From contig CAYGKV010000003.1 in assembly GCA_964350885.1 (NCBI GenBank), positions 15,444 to 79,443 on the forward strand: DNA of 64,000 nucleotides, in the 5' to 3' direction. Source of the stretch: an uncultured Candidatus Saccharibacteria bacterium. GTDB taxonomy: Bacteria; Patescibacteriota; Minisyncoccia; Phycocordibacterales; UBA2100. The position numbers and the translations under genes were made by a program. The notes under the pieces were generated by a model. The model saw only the letters and a list, made by a program, of their open reading frames with translations, was not told the origin of the DNA and searched no databases. This document shows positions 34,194 through 44,656 of the stretch, piece after piece (positions within the stretch are counted from its first letter, which is position 1; each line of letters starts with the position of its first letter).

Positions 34194-35396
34194 GTGAAAA
34201 CGCGCATTCTCATGTTTGGGTGGGAGTTTCCTCCGTACAACAGCGGAGGTTTGGGCGTTGCGTGTTTGGGGCTTACCAAAGCACTCTCCGATATCGGCAT
34301 CCAGGTGATTTTTGTCATGCCGAAAAAGCTCGACATCCAAACGCCGTGGGCGCGCATGATATTTGCTGAGACGGGCATAGAAGGTCATGCGGTCAATTCG
34401 ATTTTGAAACCATATCTTACGAGCGGAAGCTACGGTCGGGAGAAGGAGGGAATCTACGGCGAGAATCTATTGAGTGAAGTGCGTCGGTATGCCAGCCTCG
34501 CTGTCGACATCGCCCGCGAGGAGCACTACGATGTTATTTATGCCCACGACTGGCTTTCTTTTGGCGCAGGAATCGAAGCTAAGCGCGTTACCCATAAGCC
34601 GCTCATCGTGCATGTGCACGCGACAGAGTTTGATCGCTGCGGGGGGATGGGGGGAATAAATCCCGACGTGTTTGCAATCGAGAAAGAGGGGATGGAAGCG
34701 GCAGATTGCGTCATCGCCGTCTCTGAACTCACCAAGAATATTATTGTAAAAGAGTATGGCATCCCCGCCCAGAAAGTGCGCGTGGTATACAACGGCATCG
34801 ACGATACTACGGCCCCCTCGGGCAGCGGATCGTTGTCACGTTTGCGATCGCTGAAGGCGTCGGGGTACCGGCTCGTCCTCTTCATCGGTCGTATAACTCT
34901 TCAGAAAGGTCCGGATTATTTCTTGCGCGCGGCGAAGCGGGTGCTCGAACACAACTCGCAGGTTCTCTTCATTCTTTCGGGTACTGGTGACATGGAGAAT
35001 GAGGCAATGCATCTTGCCGCGGAACTGGGAATCGCTGGGCAGGTATTTTTCACTGGTTTTCTTGAGGGATACGAACGGCATGAGGTGTACAAAGCGGCAG
35101 ATCTTTTCGTGATGCCTTCGGTTTCCGAGCCGTTTGGCATCACCGCGCTTGAAGCGATGCGATTGGGGACACCAGTGCTCATGTCTAAGCAGTCGGGAGT
35201 CTCGGAAGTCGTGCGGCATGCACTCAAGGTTGATTTTTGGGATGTTGATGAGATGGCCAACAAAATTCTCTCTGTGGTCGGTCATCCGGGATTGCGCGAA
35301 GCGCTCGCACAAAACGCAGCCAAAGAAGCCGAACGACTCACATGGTCAGACGCTGCGCAAAAAGTGGGGGGAATTGTGCAAGAGCTAGTCGGTTAG
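34194..35396 (+). CDS. GT4-family glycosyltransferase (glycogen synthase-like)
   Basis: N-terminus MFGWEFPPYNSGGLGVACLGL; the GT-B C-terminal domain LVLFIGRITLQKG...FVMPSVSEPFGITALEAM (EX7E). Confidence 0.8.
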   Translation: MKTRILMFGWEFPPYNSGGLGVACLGLTKALSDIGIQVIFVMPKKLDIQTPWARMIFAETGIEGHAVNSILKPYLTSGSYGREKEGIYGENLLSEVRRYASLAVDIAREEHYDVIYAHDWLSFGAGIEAKRVTHKPLIVHVHATEFDRCGGMGGINPDVFAIEKEGMEAADCVIAVSELTKNIIVKEYGIPAQKVRVVYNGIDDTTAPSGSGSLSRLRSLKASGYRLVLFIGRITLQKGPDYFLRAAKRVLEHNSQVLFILSGTGDMENEAMHLAAELGIAGQVFFTGFLEGYERHEVYKAADLFVMPSVSEPFGITALEAMRLGTPVLMSKQSGVSEVVRHALKVDFWDVDEMANKILSVVGHPGLREALAQNAAKEAERLTWSDAAQKVGGIVQELVG

Positions 35397-35421
35397 GTGG
35401 TAGAATAATGGCATTAACCGC

Positions 35422-36618
35422 ATGAAATCGGTCTGCTTTTATTTTCAAGTGCATCAGCCGTATCGCGTGAAGCGGTATCGGATTTTTGACGTGGGGAATG
35501 ATCCGGAATATTTCAATGATCGCGGTGAGAGTAATCTCAACAACAGGAAAATCATCGAGAAAGTAGCCCGCAAATCATACATTCCGACGACGGCGCTCAT
35601 CTTGGAGCTCTTGAAGCGGCACCCGGAGTTTCGCGTGAGCTTCTCCTTTTCCGGTATTGCGCTCGAGCAGCTCGAACGGTACGCGCCTGAGGCGATATCA
35701 CTCTTCAAGCAGGTGATCGATACCGGACAAGCGGAGGTCTTGGGTGAGACGTACTATCACACGCTCGCTTTTTTCTACTCACCTATAGAATTCGAGCAAC
35801 AAGTTACTAAGCATCGAGAAATCATACGCCGCTTGTTTGGTGTGCGGCCGCGCGTCTTCCGCAACACAGAACTCTCGTATCGCAATGATGTAGGCGAATG
35901 GGCAGATCGGAGTGGCTACGCAGGCGTGATCGCCGAAGGGTGGGATCCAGTGCTCGGGTGGCGCAGCCCCAACTACGTGTACAAGGCGAAGGGGGCGCAG
36001 AATACGCGCTTACTTCTCAAAAATTACAGACTCTCCGATGACGTAGCGTTTCGTTTTTCTTCACGCGATTGGTCCGAGTGGCCGCTCACAGCGGAGAAGT
36101 TTGGTGCGTGGCTCGGTGGTGCCGAGGGCGATACGGTGAATCTCTTTATGGATTATGAGACGTTTGGAGAACACCAGTGGGAGGAGACCGGCATCTTTGA
36201 ATTTTTGGAAAAACTTCCCGCAGAACTCGCAAAAAATCCTGGCGTGGATTGGAAGACCCCCTCGGAAGTCATCACGAGTTATGAGTCGCATGATGAGGTG
36301 GATGTGCCACACATCCTTACCTGGGCAGATACCGATCGCGATTTGACGGCATGGGTGGGGAATCCGATGCAGAAGGCAGCTATAGAAAACATCTACGCGC
36401 TTGAAAATGATGTGCGGGCGGGGAACGATCACAAACTCCTTGAAGATTGGCGGAAGCTCCAGACATCGGATCATTTCTACTATATGTGCACGAAATGGTT
36501 TGCCGACGGCGATGTGCACGCCTACTTCTCGCCGTACGAATCCCCGTACGATGCCTACATCGCATACATGAACGCGCTTTCTGATTTGCGTTTGCGCGTT
36601 GGGCAGCGAAAAGGCTGA
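35422..36618 (+). CDS. Glycoside hydrolase family 57 protein
   Basis: GH57 N-terminal signature CFYFQVHQPYR, and catalytic-region conservation (GETYYHTLAFFYSP). Confidence 0.8.
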   Translation: MKSVCFYFQVHQPYRVKRYRIFDVGNDPEYFNDRGESNLNNRKIIEKVARKSYIPTTALILELLKRHPEFRVSFSFSGIALEQLERYAPEAISLFKQVIDTGQAEVLGETYYHTLAFFYSPIEFEQQVTKHREIIRRLFGVRPRVFRNTELSYRNDVGEWADRSGYAGVIAEGWDPVLGWRSPNYVYKAKGAQNTRLLLKNYRLSDDVAFRFSSRDWSEWPLTAEKFGAWLGGAEGDTVNLFMDYETFGEHQWEETGIFEFLEKLPAELAKNPGVDWKTPSEVITSYESHDEVDVPHILTWADTDRDLTAWVGNPMQKAAIENIYALENDVRAGNDHKLLEDWRKLQTSDHFYYMCTKWFADGDVHAYFSPYESPYDAYIAYMNALSDLRLRVGQRKG

Positions 36619-36620
36619 GT

Positions 36621-38606
36621 ATGTCGCGCTCTATTGTCTTGTCGAACGGTGAGCTATGCGTTGCGCTCGACAACTTCGCCGAAGTGCGAGATATCTATTA
36701 CCCGCACGTGGGGCTCGAAGATCATGTGCGTGGGCACTATGTGCATCGCGTGGGGGTCTGGGTGGATGGGCGCGTGAGTTGGCTCTCGGGTGACTCTGCA
36801 TGGGAGATCAGCGTCTCATGTGAAGAGGATGCGCTTGCGGCGGTTATTCATGCGCGAAATTCACAACTTGGTGTAGAGCTTGCGTTTACCGATGTGGTGT
36901 ACAACGAACGCCCGATTTTTATCCGACGGGTGCGGATTACCAACACATCGGATCAGAATCGCGAGATAAAGTTGTATTTTGCGCACGAATTTGAGATATA
37001 CAAATCACACGGGAGTGACACCGCGTATTTTGATCCCCAGTCGCATACGATAATCCATTACAAAGGCGAGCGTGCTTTTCTCATCGGTGCCACGCTCGAC
37101 AGTTTTCCGTTCGATGACTACACGACAGGCCGCGTAAATTTTCACGGTCTTGAAGGTTCCTTCCGCGATGCCGAAGATGGAGTTCTCTCGAAAAATCCGA
37201 TTGAGCACGGACCGGCCGACTCGGTCATCGGGCTCGGTGCTTTGTACCAGGCGGGTCAATCTCGGACTTGTTACTACTCAATCGTGGCAGCCAAATCCAT
37301 CGAGAGCGCCCACGATTTGCATCAGTTTTTAATCAAGAAAACGCCAGAACACCTCATCCAATCGACGACGAGTTTTTGGAATGCCTGGGTGCATTCGTAT
37401 GATTGGCATTTTTATGGACTTTCGAAAGAGCATGTCGCGTTGTTTCGGCGCTCCCTCATGTATATGCGCGCGCACGTCGATATAGACGGCGGTGTCATCG
37501 CTTCGACCGATTCCGACATGCTGCAATATGGATTAGACACCTACTGCTACGTCTGGCCGCGCGATGGCGCGTTTGTAGCGATGTCGCTCGATGCTGCAGG
37601 ACAGAGTAATTCTTCGCGGCGTTTTTTTGAGTTTTGTAAGGGAGTGATAACGAGGGAGGGGTATTTCATGCACAAATACCTGCCAGACAAATCTCTCGGA
37701 TCGTCTTGGCATCCGTGGATTCGGGATGGACAGCAACAGCTCCCCATACAGGAGGATGAGACAGCGCTCGTGATTTACGCGCTCTACGAACACTACAAAC
37801 GCAGTCACGATTTGGAATTCGTCGAGTCTGTCTACAGCATGCTCGTCGAAAAACCGGCGAATTTTCTTGTTGAATATCGGGATACCGCGACCAAGCTTCC
37901 TAAGCCCTCGTACGATCTCTGGGAGCGTTTGCGCGGATGCTCCACATTTACTGCGGCGAGCGTCTATGGCGCGCTTGTCGCCGCTGCGGAACTTTCAAAA
38001 GTATTGGGCAAAAACTCTCATGAGGTGCGGTACCGTAAGGCTGCTTCTGAAGTACGCGAGGCGATCATAAAGTATTTGTGGGACGAAAAGAGCGGGTCGT
38101 TTGTGAAGTTGGTGAATTGGGGGGACAAGGGATTGGAGTATGACAGGACGCTCGACATTTCAAGCGTCTACGGAATCTTCATGTTTGACATACTGCCGGC
38201 AGGTGACAAAAAACTCGCTCGCGCATTTGAAAATACTGTTCGCGTGCTCACTCACGGTGTCTCGGTGGGCGGTGTAGCTCGGTTTGAAAATGATGATTAC
38301 TATCGCGTCGCGGGCCCTTCGCCCGGGAATCCCTGGGTTATCACAACCCTGTGGTGGGCAGAATATCTGATTGCGAATGCGCGTACTGAGGCGGATTTGA
38401 ATCGCGTGCGCGAGATTTTCTCGTGGGTGGTGCGGTACGCGCAGCCCTCGGGCGTGCTTTCGGAGCAACTCAATCCGCAAACTGGTGAGCAGGTCTGCGC
38501 CGCACCTCTTACATGGGCGCACGCCTCGTATGTCGCCGTCGTTCTCAAATATCTCGATAAGGTAGAAAAATTGGGTTTTTGTAAGGACTGCAATCCCGCT
38601 CCATAA
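36621..38606 (+). CDS. Glycoside hydrolase family 15 (glucoamylase/glucodextranase-like)
   Basis: Archaeal/bacterial GH15 layout: an N-terminal beta-sandwich and an (alpha/alpha)6 domain with WPRDGAF and LWER.RG motifs; 661 aa. Confidence 0.8.
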   Translation: MSRSIVLSNGELCVALDNFAEVRDIYYPHVGLEDHVRGHYVHRVGVWVDGRVSWLSGDSAWEISVSCEEDALAAVIHARNSQLGVELAFTDVVYNERPIFIRRVRITNTSDQNREIKLYFAHEFEIYKSHGSDTAYFDPQSHTIIHYKGERAFLIGATLDSFPFDDYTTGRVNFHGLEGSFRDAEDGVLSKNPIEHGPADSVIGLGALYQAGQSRTCYYSIVAAKSIESAHDLHQFLIKKTPEHLIQSTTSFWNAWVHSYDWHFYGLSKEHVALFRRSLMYMRAHVDIDGGVIASTDSDMLQYGLDTYCYVWPRDGAFVAMSLDAAGQSNSSRRFFEFCKGVITREGYFMHKYLPDKSLGSSWHPWIRDGQQQLPIQEDETALVIYALYEHYKRSHDLEFVESVYSMLVEKPANFLVEYRDTATKLPKPSYDLWERLRGCSTFTAASVYGALVAAAELSKVLGKNSHEVRYRKAASEVREAIIKYLWDEKSGSFVKLVNWGDKGLEYDRTLDISSVYGIFMFDILPAGDKKLARAFENTVRVLTHGVSVGGVARFENDDYYRVAGPSPGNPWVITTLWWAEYLIANARTEADLNRVREIFSWVVRYAQPSGVLSEQLNPQTGEQVCAAPLTWAHASYVAVVLKYLDKVEKLGFCKDCNPAP

Positions 38607-38624
38607 AATGATACAATCTCGAAT

Positions 38625-39212
38625 ATGACATTCGAACCGTTCGCCTCGCGATCACACAAAAAGATGCAAGAGGTGCTTATGGACCCTGCAGCCTCGGGGC
38701 CGGCAATCCACTACTACATGATCCGCGGTGGCAAAAAGAAGCGCAACATCACGGTGTGGGAAGCAGGGACGGTCGGCGGTGAATACATCAAAACATATGG
38801 CCACTACCATGTGGGCGAATTGGACGAGACGTACTGGATCGTGCAAGGCGAAGGCATCGCGCTCTTGCAAAAGATGGTCGTGGAGAATGGCGTGTCGCAG
38901 CCAGAAAAAATAGAGGAATTTAAGGCTATCAAAGTGAATGCAGGGGATTCCGTGTACATGCCGACTGGGTACGGTCATCTCGTCGTAAACACTGGCGCAG
39001 AGTGGCTTGTGACCGCAGATGATAGCCCCGTAGAGGGGGCGGGTGATTCAGCTTCGATGCCCGGTCATGCGGATTATGAGGCGGTCAAAAAGATGCGTGG
39101 CTTTGCATACTATGTCGTTGAAAAAAACGGCGGGCCGACGCTCATACGAAACCCACTGTACAAAGAGATACAAAAAACTGATTTTGGTGGCGTTGCTGTT
39201 GCCAGCGCATAA
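38625..39212 (+). CDS. Cupin-type glucose-6-phosphate isomerase (archaeal cPGI-like)
   Basis: A cupin metal site GHYHVGELDETYW...GDSVYMPTGYGHLVVNTG resembling Pyrococcus cPGI; sits in the sugar cluster. Confidence 0.6.
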   Translation: MTFEPFASRSHKKMQEVLMDPAASGPAIHYYMIRGGKKKRNITVWEAGTVGGEYIKTYGHYHVGELDETYWIVQGEGIALLQKMVVENGVSQPEKIEEFKAIKVNAGDSVYMPTGYGHLVVNTGAEWLVTADDSPVEGAGDSASMPGHADYEAVKKMRGFAYYVVEKNGGPTLIRNPLYKEIQKTDFGGVAVASA

Positions 39213-39221
39213 TTTTTTACG

Positions 39222-40004
39222 ATGTTCATCGTCACAGATATCGGAGGGACCAACATGCGTGTTGCCGCGACCTCGGCCAACTCGTTGGATGAAATAAAGA
39301 AAGTCCCGACGCCTCAGGATCTTACTGATGGGATCACAGCGCTCGTTGCGCTCGCCCGTGAATGTGCCGGAGGAGAGAAAATCACGGCGCTTGCGGGTTG
39401 TGTGGCGGGGAGCGTGAGTGATGAGGGTGTTATGTCAGACGCGCGCAATCTACGCGCTTGGGAGGGCGCAAATATTGTAAAGAAACTTTCGGAAGAGTTT
39501 GGTGTTTCTGTGCGTATCGTAAACGACGCGGCGCTTGCGGGTCTCGGCGAGGCATTTGCGGGGGCGGGCAAGGGCGCGACACGCCTCGCGTATATCACCG
39601 TCTCGACAGGTGTAGGAGGCGGGCTGATCGTTGATGGGAAAATTGCCGCTGCGGGTGGCATCGCCGGCATCAAAGTCGGTGGCGTGGACCTTGAAGACCT
39701 TGTCTCCGGCACGGCCGTGACAAAGAAATTCGGAATTCACCCCAAAGACCTTAATTCACTTGAAGAGCGCAATAAACTTGCAAATACCCTTGCGGAAGGG
39801 CTTCGAATTCTCGTCGAGAAGTGGGCACCGGACACCATTGTCCTCGGCGGATCGATGATTGTAGGCGTGAACCCCATCCCGATTTCACGTGTACAAGAAT
39901 CACTCGGCAAACTTCTTCAGAATCCACCGGTCATGAAAATGGCAGAGCTTGGCGATAATGGCGGTCTCTGGGGTGGCCTCGCTCTTCTCAGGCAACAGGA
40001 GTAG
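39222..40004 (+). CDS. ROK/BadF-type sugar kinase (putative glucokinase)
   Basis: ASKHA N-terminus FIVTDIGGTNMRVA with GVGGGLIVDG and a glycine-rich C-terminus. Confidence 0.6.
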   Translation: MFIVTDIGGTNMRVAATSANSLDEIKKVPTPQDLTDGITALVALARECAGGEKITALAGCVAGSVSDEGVMSDARNLRAWEGANIVKKLSEEFGVSVRIVNDAALAGLGEAFAGAGKGATRLAYITVSTGVGGGLIVDGKIAAAGGIAGIKVGGVDLEDLVSGTAVTKKFGIHPKDLNSLEERNKLANTLAEGLRILVEKWAPDTIVLGGSMIVGVNPIPISRVQESLGKLLQNPPVMKMAELGDNGGLWGGLALLRQQE

Positions 40005-40605
40005 TGCTTTTTCGTTGTTTGGAAAATTCGAGTATCAATGGCACACAGGTAGCGATAATGATGAGAATGATAATTGGGGTTAAATATTTTTCGATGCCAG
40101 GGATTTTCTCTCCCAAATAGTAGCCGAGAAACGTAACTCCTGAGCCCCATGCGAGAGCGCCGGCGATGTTGTATACGATGAACGTTCGGTAATTCATACC
40201 GACGATGCCCGCCACGATCGGCGTGAAGGTGCGAACGATAGGTACGAACCTCGCGAGGACGATTGCGAGTACTCCGTGTCGCTCATAAAATATTCTTGCC
40301 CGCTCCAGATGTTCTTTATGGAAGAATTTAGAATTTTGCCACTCAAAGAGCCGCACGCCGACTTTTGCGCCAAACCAGTAGCCTACGTTGTCCCCGAGAA
40401 TCGCCGCAATAGTGAGAAGAGGAATAAGGATCCACACGTTGAATATCCCTTGCGAGGCGAGTAGTCCGGCCGTGAAGAGCATTGAGGCTCCGGGGAGGAA
40501 AAAGCCAAAGGGCACGCCTGACTCAAGGAACACCGCGGAAAACAGGCCGGGGTAACCGACAAACTGTATCAAGCTAACAAGCGAAAATTCAGGCATTCCG
40601 AGCAT
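39988..40605 (-). CDS. DedA/SNARE-associated (VTT-domain) membrane protein
   Basis: LESGVPFGFFLPGASMLFTAG...ILARFVPIVRTFTPIVAG, the typical DedA core. Confidence 0.8.
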   Translation of the reverse strand: MLGMPEFSLVSLIQFVGYPGLFSAVFLESGVPFGFFLPGASMLFTAGLLASQGIFNVWILIPLLTIAAILGDNVGYWFGAKVGVRLFEWQNSKFFHKEHLERARIFYERHGVLAIVLARFVPIVRTFTPIVAGIVGMNYRTFIVYNIAGALAWGSGVTFLGYYLGEKIPGIEKYLTPIIILIIIATCVPLILEFSKQRKSTTPVA

Positions 40606-40696
40606 TATAGCCTAGCGAAGCGAGCGAAACGAGAGCTTGCTCTCGTTTCCGAGCGAGCGACGGCTAAACGAGCAAAGCGAGTATACAGTAGTTGGT

Positions 40697-42016
40697 TTAC
40701 ACAAACGATTCGGGAATGGGGAACTTGGCGCACATGGTGCGGATTTCTTCACGAATTAGAGCGAGCTTCTTTGCGTCGCTTTTGTTTTTCATTACGTCCA
40801 CCATAAGCTCCGCGACACGCGCGCTTTCTTTCTCTGTAAACTTGCGGGTCGTGATCGCTGGAGTACCGAATCGGATACCCGAAGGGTCCATCGGCTTGCG
40901 TGTGTCATCCGCAATCGAATTTTTATTGAGTGTAATGCCCGCGTGATCGAGTAGGGTCTCGGCCTCTTGCCCCGGAATGCCGAGCGAGCCGAATACATCA
41001 GCGAGGATGAGGTGATTGCTCGTGCCACCGGTAAGCATTCGGATGTTGTTGGCTTTGAATACGGCTTCCATCGCTTTTGCGTTCTTCAAGATTTGTGCGG
41101 CATACGTCTTAAATTCTGGCTGGAGCGCTTCACCGAATGCGATGGCCTTGCCGGCGATGTTGTTCATATGCGGACCGCCCTGGAGACCGGGAAAAACCAT
41201 CTTGTCGATCTTCTTTCCTATCTCCTCGCTTTCGCGCGTGAGTATGAGGCCGCCGCGCGGGCCGCGGAGCGTCTTGTGGGTGGTCGAGGTCATTACATCG
41301 AAGCCGAAATCAAACGGACTCTTCACTGCTTTCCCTGCGATTAGTCCCGCAATGTGCGCGATGTCCATCACGGCGTACGCTCCGACTTCCCGAGCGATCT
41401 CGACAAATTTTGCATAGTTGAGTTCGCGCGGATAGGCCGAGAATCCTGCGAGCACGATCTTTGGTTTATTCTCCTTGGCAACGCGCAACATCTCGTCGTA
41501 ATCAATTTCGCCAGTCTCTACATCTTTCATCTTGTAGCGAACGAAATTGAATATTTTGGTGAGATAAGTGACGGGGTGGCCGTGCGTGAGGTGGCCGCCA
41601 TGCGAGAGATCCATGCCAAGCACGGTGTCGCCGGGATTCAGGAGTGCAAAATACATGGCGATGTTGGCATTCGCTCCGCCGAGTGTCTGCACATTGGCGT
41701 AAGCGCAATTGAAAAGCTTCTTGGCGCGCTCGATCGCAAGCGTCTCTACCTCGTCGGTGTACGTCTGGCCGCCATAGTAGCGCTTACCCGGGTATCCTTC
41801 GGAATATTTATTGGTGAGGCACGAGCCGTTGGCTTCGCGCACAGCTTTCGAGACATAATTTTCAGACGGAATGAGCTCGAGCCCTTCCGCTTCGCGTTTC
41901 TCTTCGCCTTCGAGAGCTGCAAATATTTCCGGATCTTGTTTTTGTATGTGTGAATAGTCCATAGGGGGTTTATAAAGAGAATAATGGGTTGCGTAGTGAC
42001 TTAGATCATACGTCAA
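40697..42016 (-). CDS. glyA: Serine hydroxymethyltransferase
   Basis: LIPSENYVSKAVREA, the PLP-lysine motif STTHKTLRGPRGG, and a GFSAYPR motif. The start may be the internal ATG at 41962. Confidence 0.9.
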   Translation of the reverse strand: MTYDLSHYATHYSLYKPPMDYSHIQKQDPEIFAALEGEEKREAEGLELIPSENYVSKAVREANGSCLTNKYSEGYPGKRYYGGQTYTDEVETLAIERAKKLFNCAYANVQTLGGANANIAMYFALLNPGDTVLGMDLSHGGHLTHGHPVTYLTKIFNFVRYKMKDVETGEIDYDEMLRVAKENKPKIVLAGFSAYPRELNYAKFVEIAREVGAYAVMDIAHIAGLIAGKAVKSPFDFGFDVMTSTTHKTLRGPRGGLILTRESEEIGKKIDKMVFPGLQGGPHMNNIAGKAIAFGEALQPEFKTYAAQILKNAKAMEAVFKANNIRMLTGGTSNHLILADVFGSLGIPGQEAETLLDHAGITLNKNSIADDTRKPMDPSGIRFGTPAITTRKFTEKESARVAELMVDVMKNKSDAKKLALIREEIRTMCAKFPIPESFV

Positions 42017-42630
42017 TTAGATAGCATCGATTGTACGGCATTCTGGACCTGCGTCCAGACCTCTTCAAGCGGCTTGTCGGCATCGATGATAAAAGGAGTG
42101 CCGAATTCGTTGATGTGTTTTCGGAGGCCTTCTCTCACGCGCGTGTGAAAATCGAGTGTCTCGTTGTCGAAACGAGTGGGCTCTTCGGGGCGCGAGTGTA
42201 CGCGCGCAATTCCGATTTCGGGCGATACATCAAGGAGGATGCAGGCATCGGGCACGCACCCCTGCAAAATTTCCTTTGAAACAGCATTATAGAGTTGCAG
42301 AAGCTCAGGATGCTCGCGCCCATATATCTGGTAGGCGATAGAGGAGAGGCCGAATCGATTGGAAATCACCATTTTTCCGGCCTCGAGGGCGGGACGTATC
42401 ACCTCATTCACAAGTTCTGCTCGCCCTGCGAGAAAGAGCAGAAGTTCTGCGCGTACGTCGATGCCTTTCGTCTCATTGGACATCAGCAGCACCCGTATAC
42501 GCTCACCAAGCGGTGTGCCTCCTGGGTCTTGTGTGTAGACTGCGCCAGGGAATTGTACCTTGAGTCGTTCTCCGACCGTCGTCTTTCCCGAACCCTCGCC
42601 GCCCTCAAGTGCAATGAATTTTCCGCGCAT
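42013..42630 (-). CDS. tmk: Thymidylate kinase
   Basis: P-loop GKFIALEGGEGSGKTT with DRY-like and lid regions. Confidence 0.85.
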   Translation of the reverse strand: MRGKFIALEGGEGSGKTTVGERLKVQFPGAVYTQDPGGTPLGERIRVLLMSNETKGIDVRAELLLFLAGRAELVNEVIRPALEAGKMVISNRFGLSSIAYQIYGREHPELLQLYNAVSKEILQGCVPDACILLDVSPEIGIARVHSRPEEPTRFDNETLDFHTRVREGLRKHINEFGTPFIIDADKPLEEVWTQVQNAVQSMLSN

Positions 42631-42633
42631 ACT

Positions 42634-43134
42634 TCATTCTACATCGGCAAACTGCTCTCCGATTATGTTGTCGGGACTAGATTTGTTGAAAAGTCTTTCG
42701 CTATCTTTGAGTAAATACACGTTTTCTACTCCCGCTTCGATAATTGCATTCCAACAGGGCTCGCAGCACCACCAATGGCCCCAGAGGTAGAGATCGGACC
42801 CGAGGGTTTCGTGGTTGTGTTTGAGTGCATCGGCGATTGCCCGCGGCTCGCTATGGTTTTTTGGGTGGCAGCCCTCACAGAGCTCGTAGCCGTGCCCGGT
42901 CGGGATTCCACGCTTCACGCGCTCGCAGCCGTGTTCGGTGTGGTAGGTGCTTCCATTCGCGCCGCGTCCGATTATCTCGCCGTTTGTAACGAGCACAGAG
43001 CCTGTTTTTACCGCATCGTCCAAGGAGTGTTTTTGAGCATGGTTTTTTGCCTCCAGCATGAATGAATTGTCCAGCTCAACGTATGTGAACTTGCGGCCAA
43101 TAGGGAGGTAGGGGTACTCAATACTAGTCGACAT
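42634..43134 (-). CDS. dCMP deaminase (ComEB-like cytidine/deoxycytidylate deaminase)
   Basis: Zinc motifs H(S)E...PCxxC: HSEPRAIADA and CCEPCWNAI. Confidence 0.8.
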   Translation of the reverse strand: MSTSIEYPYLPIGRKFTYVELDNSFMLEAKNHAQKHSLDDAVKTGSVLVTNGEIIGRGANGSTYHTEHGCERVKRGIPTGHGYELCEGCHPKNHSEPRAIADALKHNHETLGSDLYLWGHWWCCEPCWNAIIEAGVENVYLLKDSERLFNKSSPDNIIGEQFADVE

Positions 43135-43169
43135 GGCACAAATGTATCACACCGCTATAATGCATCCCT

Positions 43170-44006
43170 ATGACCCGCTTTGATGAGACATACCAAGGAT
43201 TACTGAAGGAGATTCTTGCAGAGGGAATAGAGCAGACGAGCGCTCGCAACAGCCATGCGACGATCGCGGTGCCGGGCCTTCACTTCTCGCACGACATCGG
43301 GAAAGACGGTTTCCCACTCCTCACGCTCCGCAAAATTCCCGTCAAGATGTTTGTTGCCGAACAGGTATGGTTTATCGCCGGCTTGCGCAAGCCCGCGGAT
43401 TTTTTGGGCGACTACACCAAGATTTGGGATAGCTTCACAAATCCTGGAGGAGTCGTTACGGTGGCATATGGGTATCGGTGGCGCAAACATTTTGGCCGCG
43501 ATCAGCTTGGGCTACTGGTCAAGCTGTTGAAAGAAGATCCAAGCTCTCGACACGGAGTCGTTGTCACGTGGGATCCGACAGAAGATGGATTGGGCGGCAC
43601 GAAGAAAGCAAACGTTCCGTGTCCCTACACGTTTACCGTGAATATCATCGGTGGTCGGCTGCATCTCCACAACATGGTTCGTTCCAACGACATGGTGCTC
43701 GGATTTCCATCGGACGTTGCGGGATTTGCGCTCCTGCAAATCATCCTTGCGCAGAAACTCGGGGTTGAGCCGGGCATCTATTCGCACTCGATATCCAACG
43801 CACACATTTGGGACAATCAGTACGATGCGGCGCGTGAGCTCGTGAGCCGCACCAACGCGCATAAGCCGATCCGCATCGCCCTCCCCAAAAACGTCTTTGA
43901 TCGCGCGGAGAAGAAAGATAGAAAGTTGGTGGATGAAATAACAAACCCTATTGCTGCGCAATACAATCCGCTTCCGCAAATCGCGGGAATGCAAATCGTG
44001 TTGTAG
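43170..44006 (+). CDS. thyA: Thymidylate synthase (ThyA)
   Basis: FPLLTLRKIP, the active-site Cys in VPCPYTFTVNI, DMVLGFPSDVAGFALLQ, and a typical C-terminus. Confidence 0.9.
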   Translation: MTRFDETYQGLLKEILAEGIEQTSARNSHATIAVPGLHFSHDIGKDGFPLLTLRKIPVKMFVAEQVWFIAGLRKPADFLGDYTKIWDSFTNPGGVVTVAYGYRWRKHFGRDQLGLLVKLLKEDPSSRHGVVVTWDPTEDGLGGTKKANVPCPYTFTVNIIGGRLHLHNMVRSNDMVLGFPSDVAGFALLQIILAQKLGVEPGIYSHSISNAHIWDNQYDAARELVSRTNAHKPIRIALPKNVFDRAEKKDRKLVDEITNPIAAQYNPLPQIAGMQIVL

Positions 44007-44018
44007 ACTGTACGACCT

Positions 44019-44654
44019 ATGTCCATCCTCACCAAGGACGAGATTCTCGCGCGAGTCAAAACGGGCAACATCGCTTTTCTACCCGGCCTCGATCGATTTC
44101 AGCTACAGATGCACGCCGTTGATCTACGACTCGGCTTCACATTTCTCATTCCCAAGGTCTGGAAGATGACGCCGAAGGGGAGACAAGCCCTGAGCATTGA
44201 TCCACTGAAGGATCATGGGCCGGAGTATTTTGATGTGATCGAGCTTGAGCAGGGCCAATGCTTTGAGCTCTTGCCGCAAGAATATGTTCTTGTCTCCACG
44301 TTTGAGACGATCAAGGTGCCAAACGACTTGATGGCTGTCTTGTATCCGCGCTCATCGGTCAATCGCAAAGGACTTTCCGTCGATCTCACGGGCATTATTG
44401 ATTCCGGATACGAAGGGCCTCTTACGCTTCCCATACGCAACAATACACGCTCCCAGACCATCCAACTCCACCCCGGTGAGCGATTTTGCCAGCTCGTCTT
44501 TGAAGAGCTTGCACACAAAGTCGAGCCGCGGAAATCGAGATGGCACCAAAAAGATGTCGTAGAGAAAGGAAAAAAAGAAAAGGGTGCCGAAATGAAACTC
44601 GTGTTTAGCGGTGAACTCAAAAAATTGAAAAAAGATTTCTCAGCTCTCGAATAA
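44019..44654 (+). CDS. dcd: dCTP deaminase / dUTPase-superfamily protein
   Basis: Dcd-type N-terminus ILTKDEI and the dUTPase-like motif LTGIIDSGYEGPLTLPIRN. Confidence 0.8.
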   Translation: MSILTKDEILARVKTGNIAFLPGLDRFQLQMHAVDLRLGFTFLIPKVWKMTPKGRQALSIDPLKDHGPEYFDVIELEQGQCFELLPQEYVLVSTFETIKVPNDLMAVLYPRSSVNRKGLSVDLTGIIDSGYEGPLTLPIRNNTRSQTIQLHPGERFCQLVFEELAHKVEPRKSRWHQKDVVEKGKKEKGAEMKLVFSGELKKLKKDFSALE

Positions 44655-44656
44655 TT

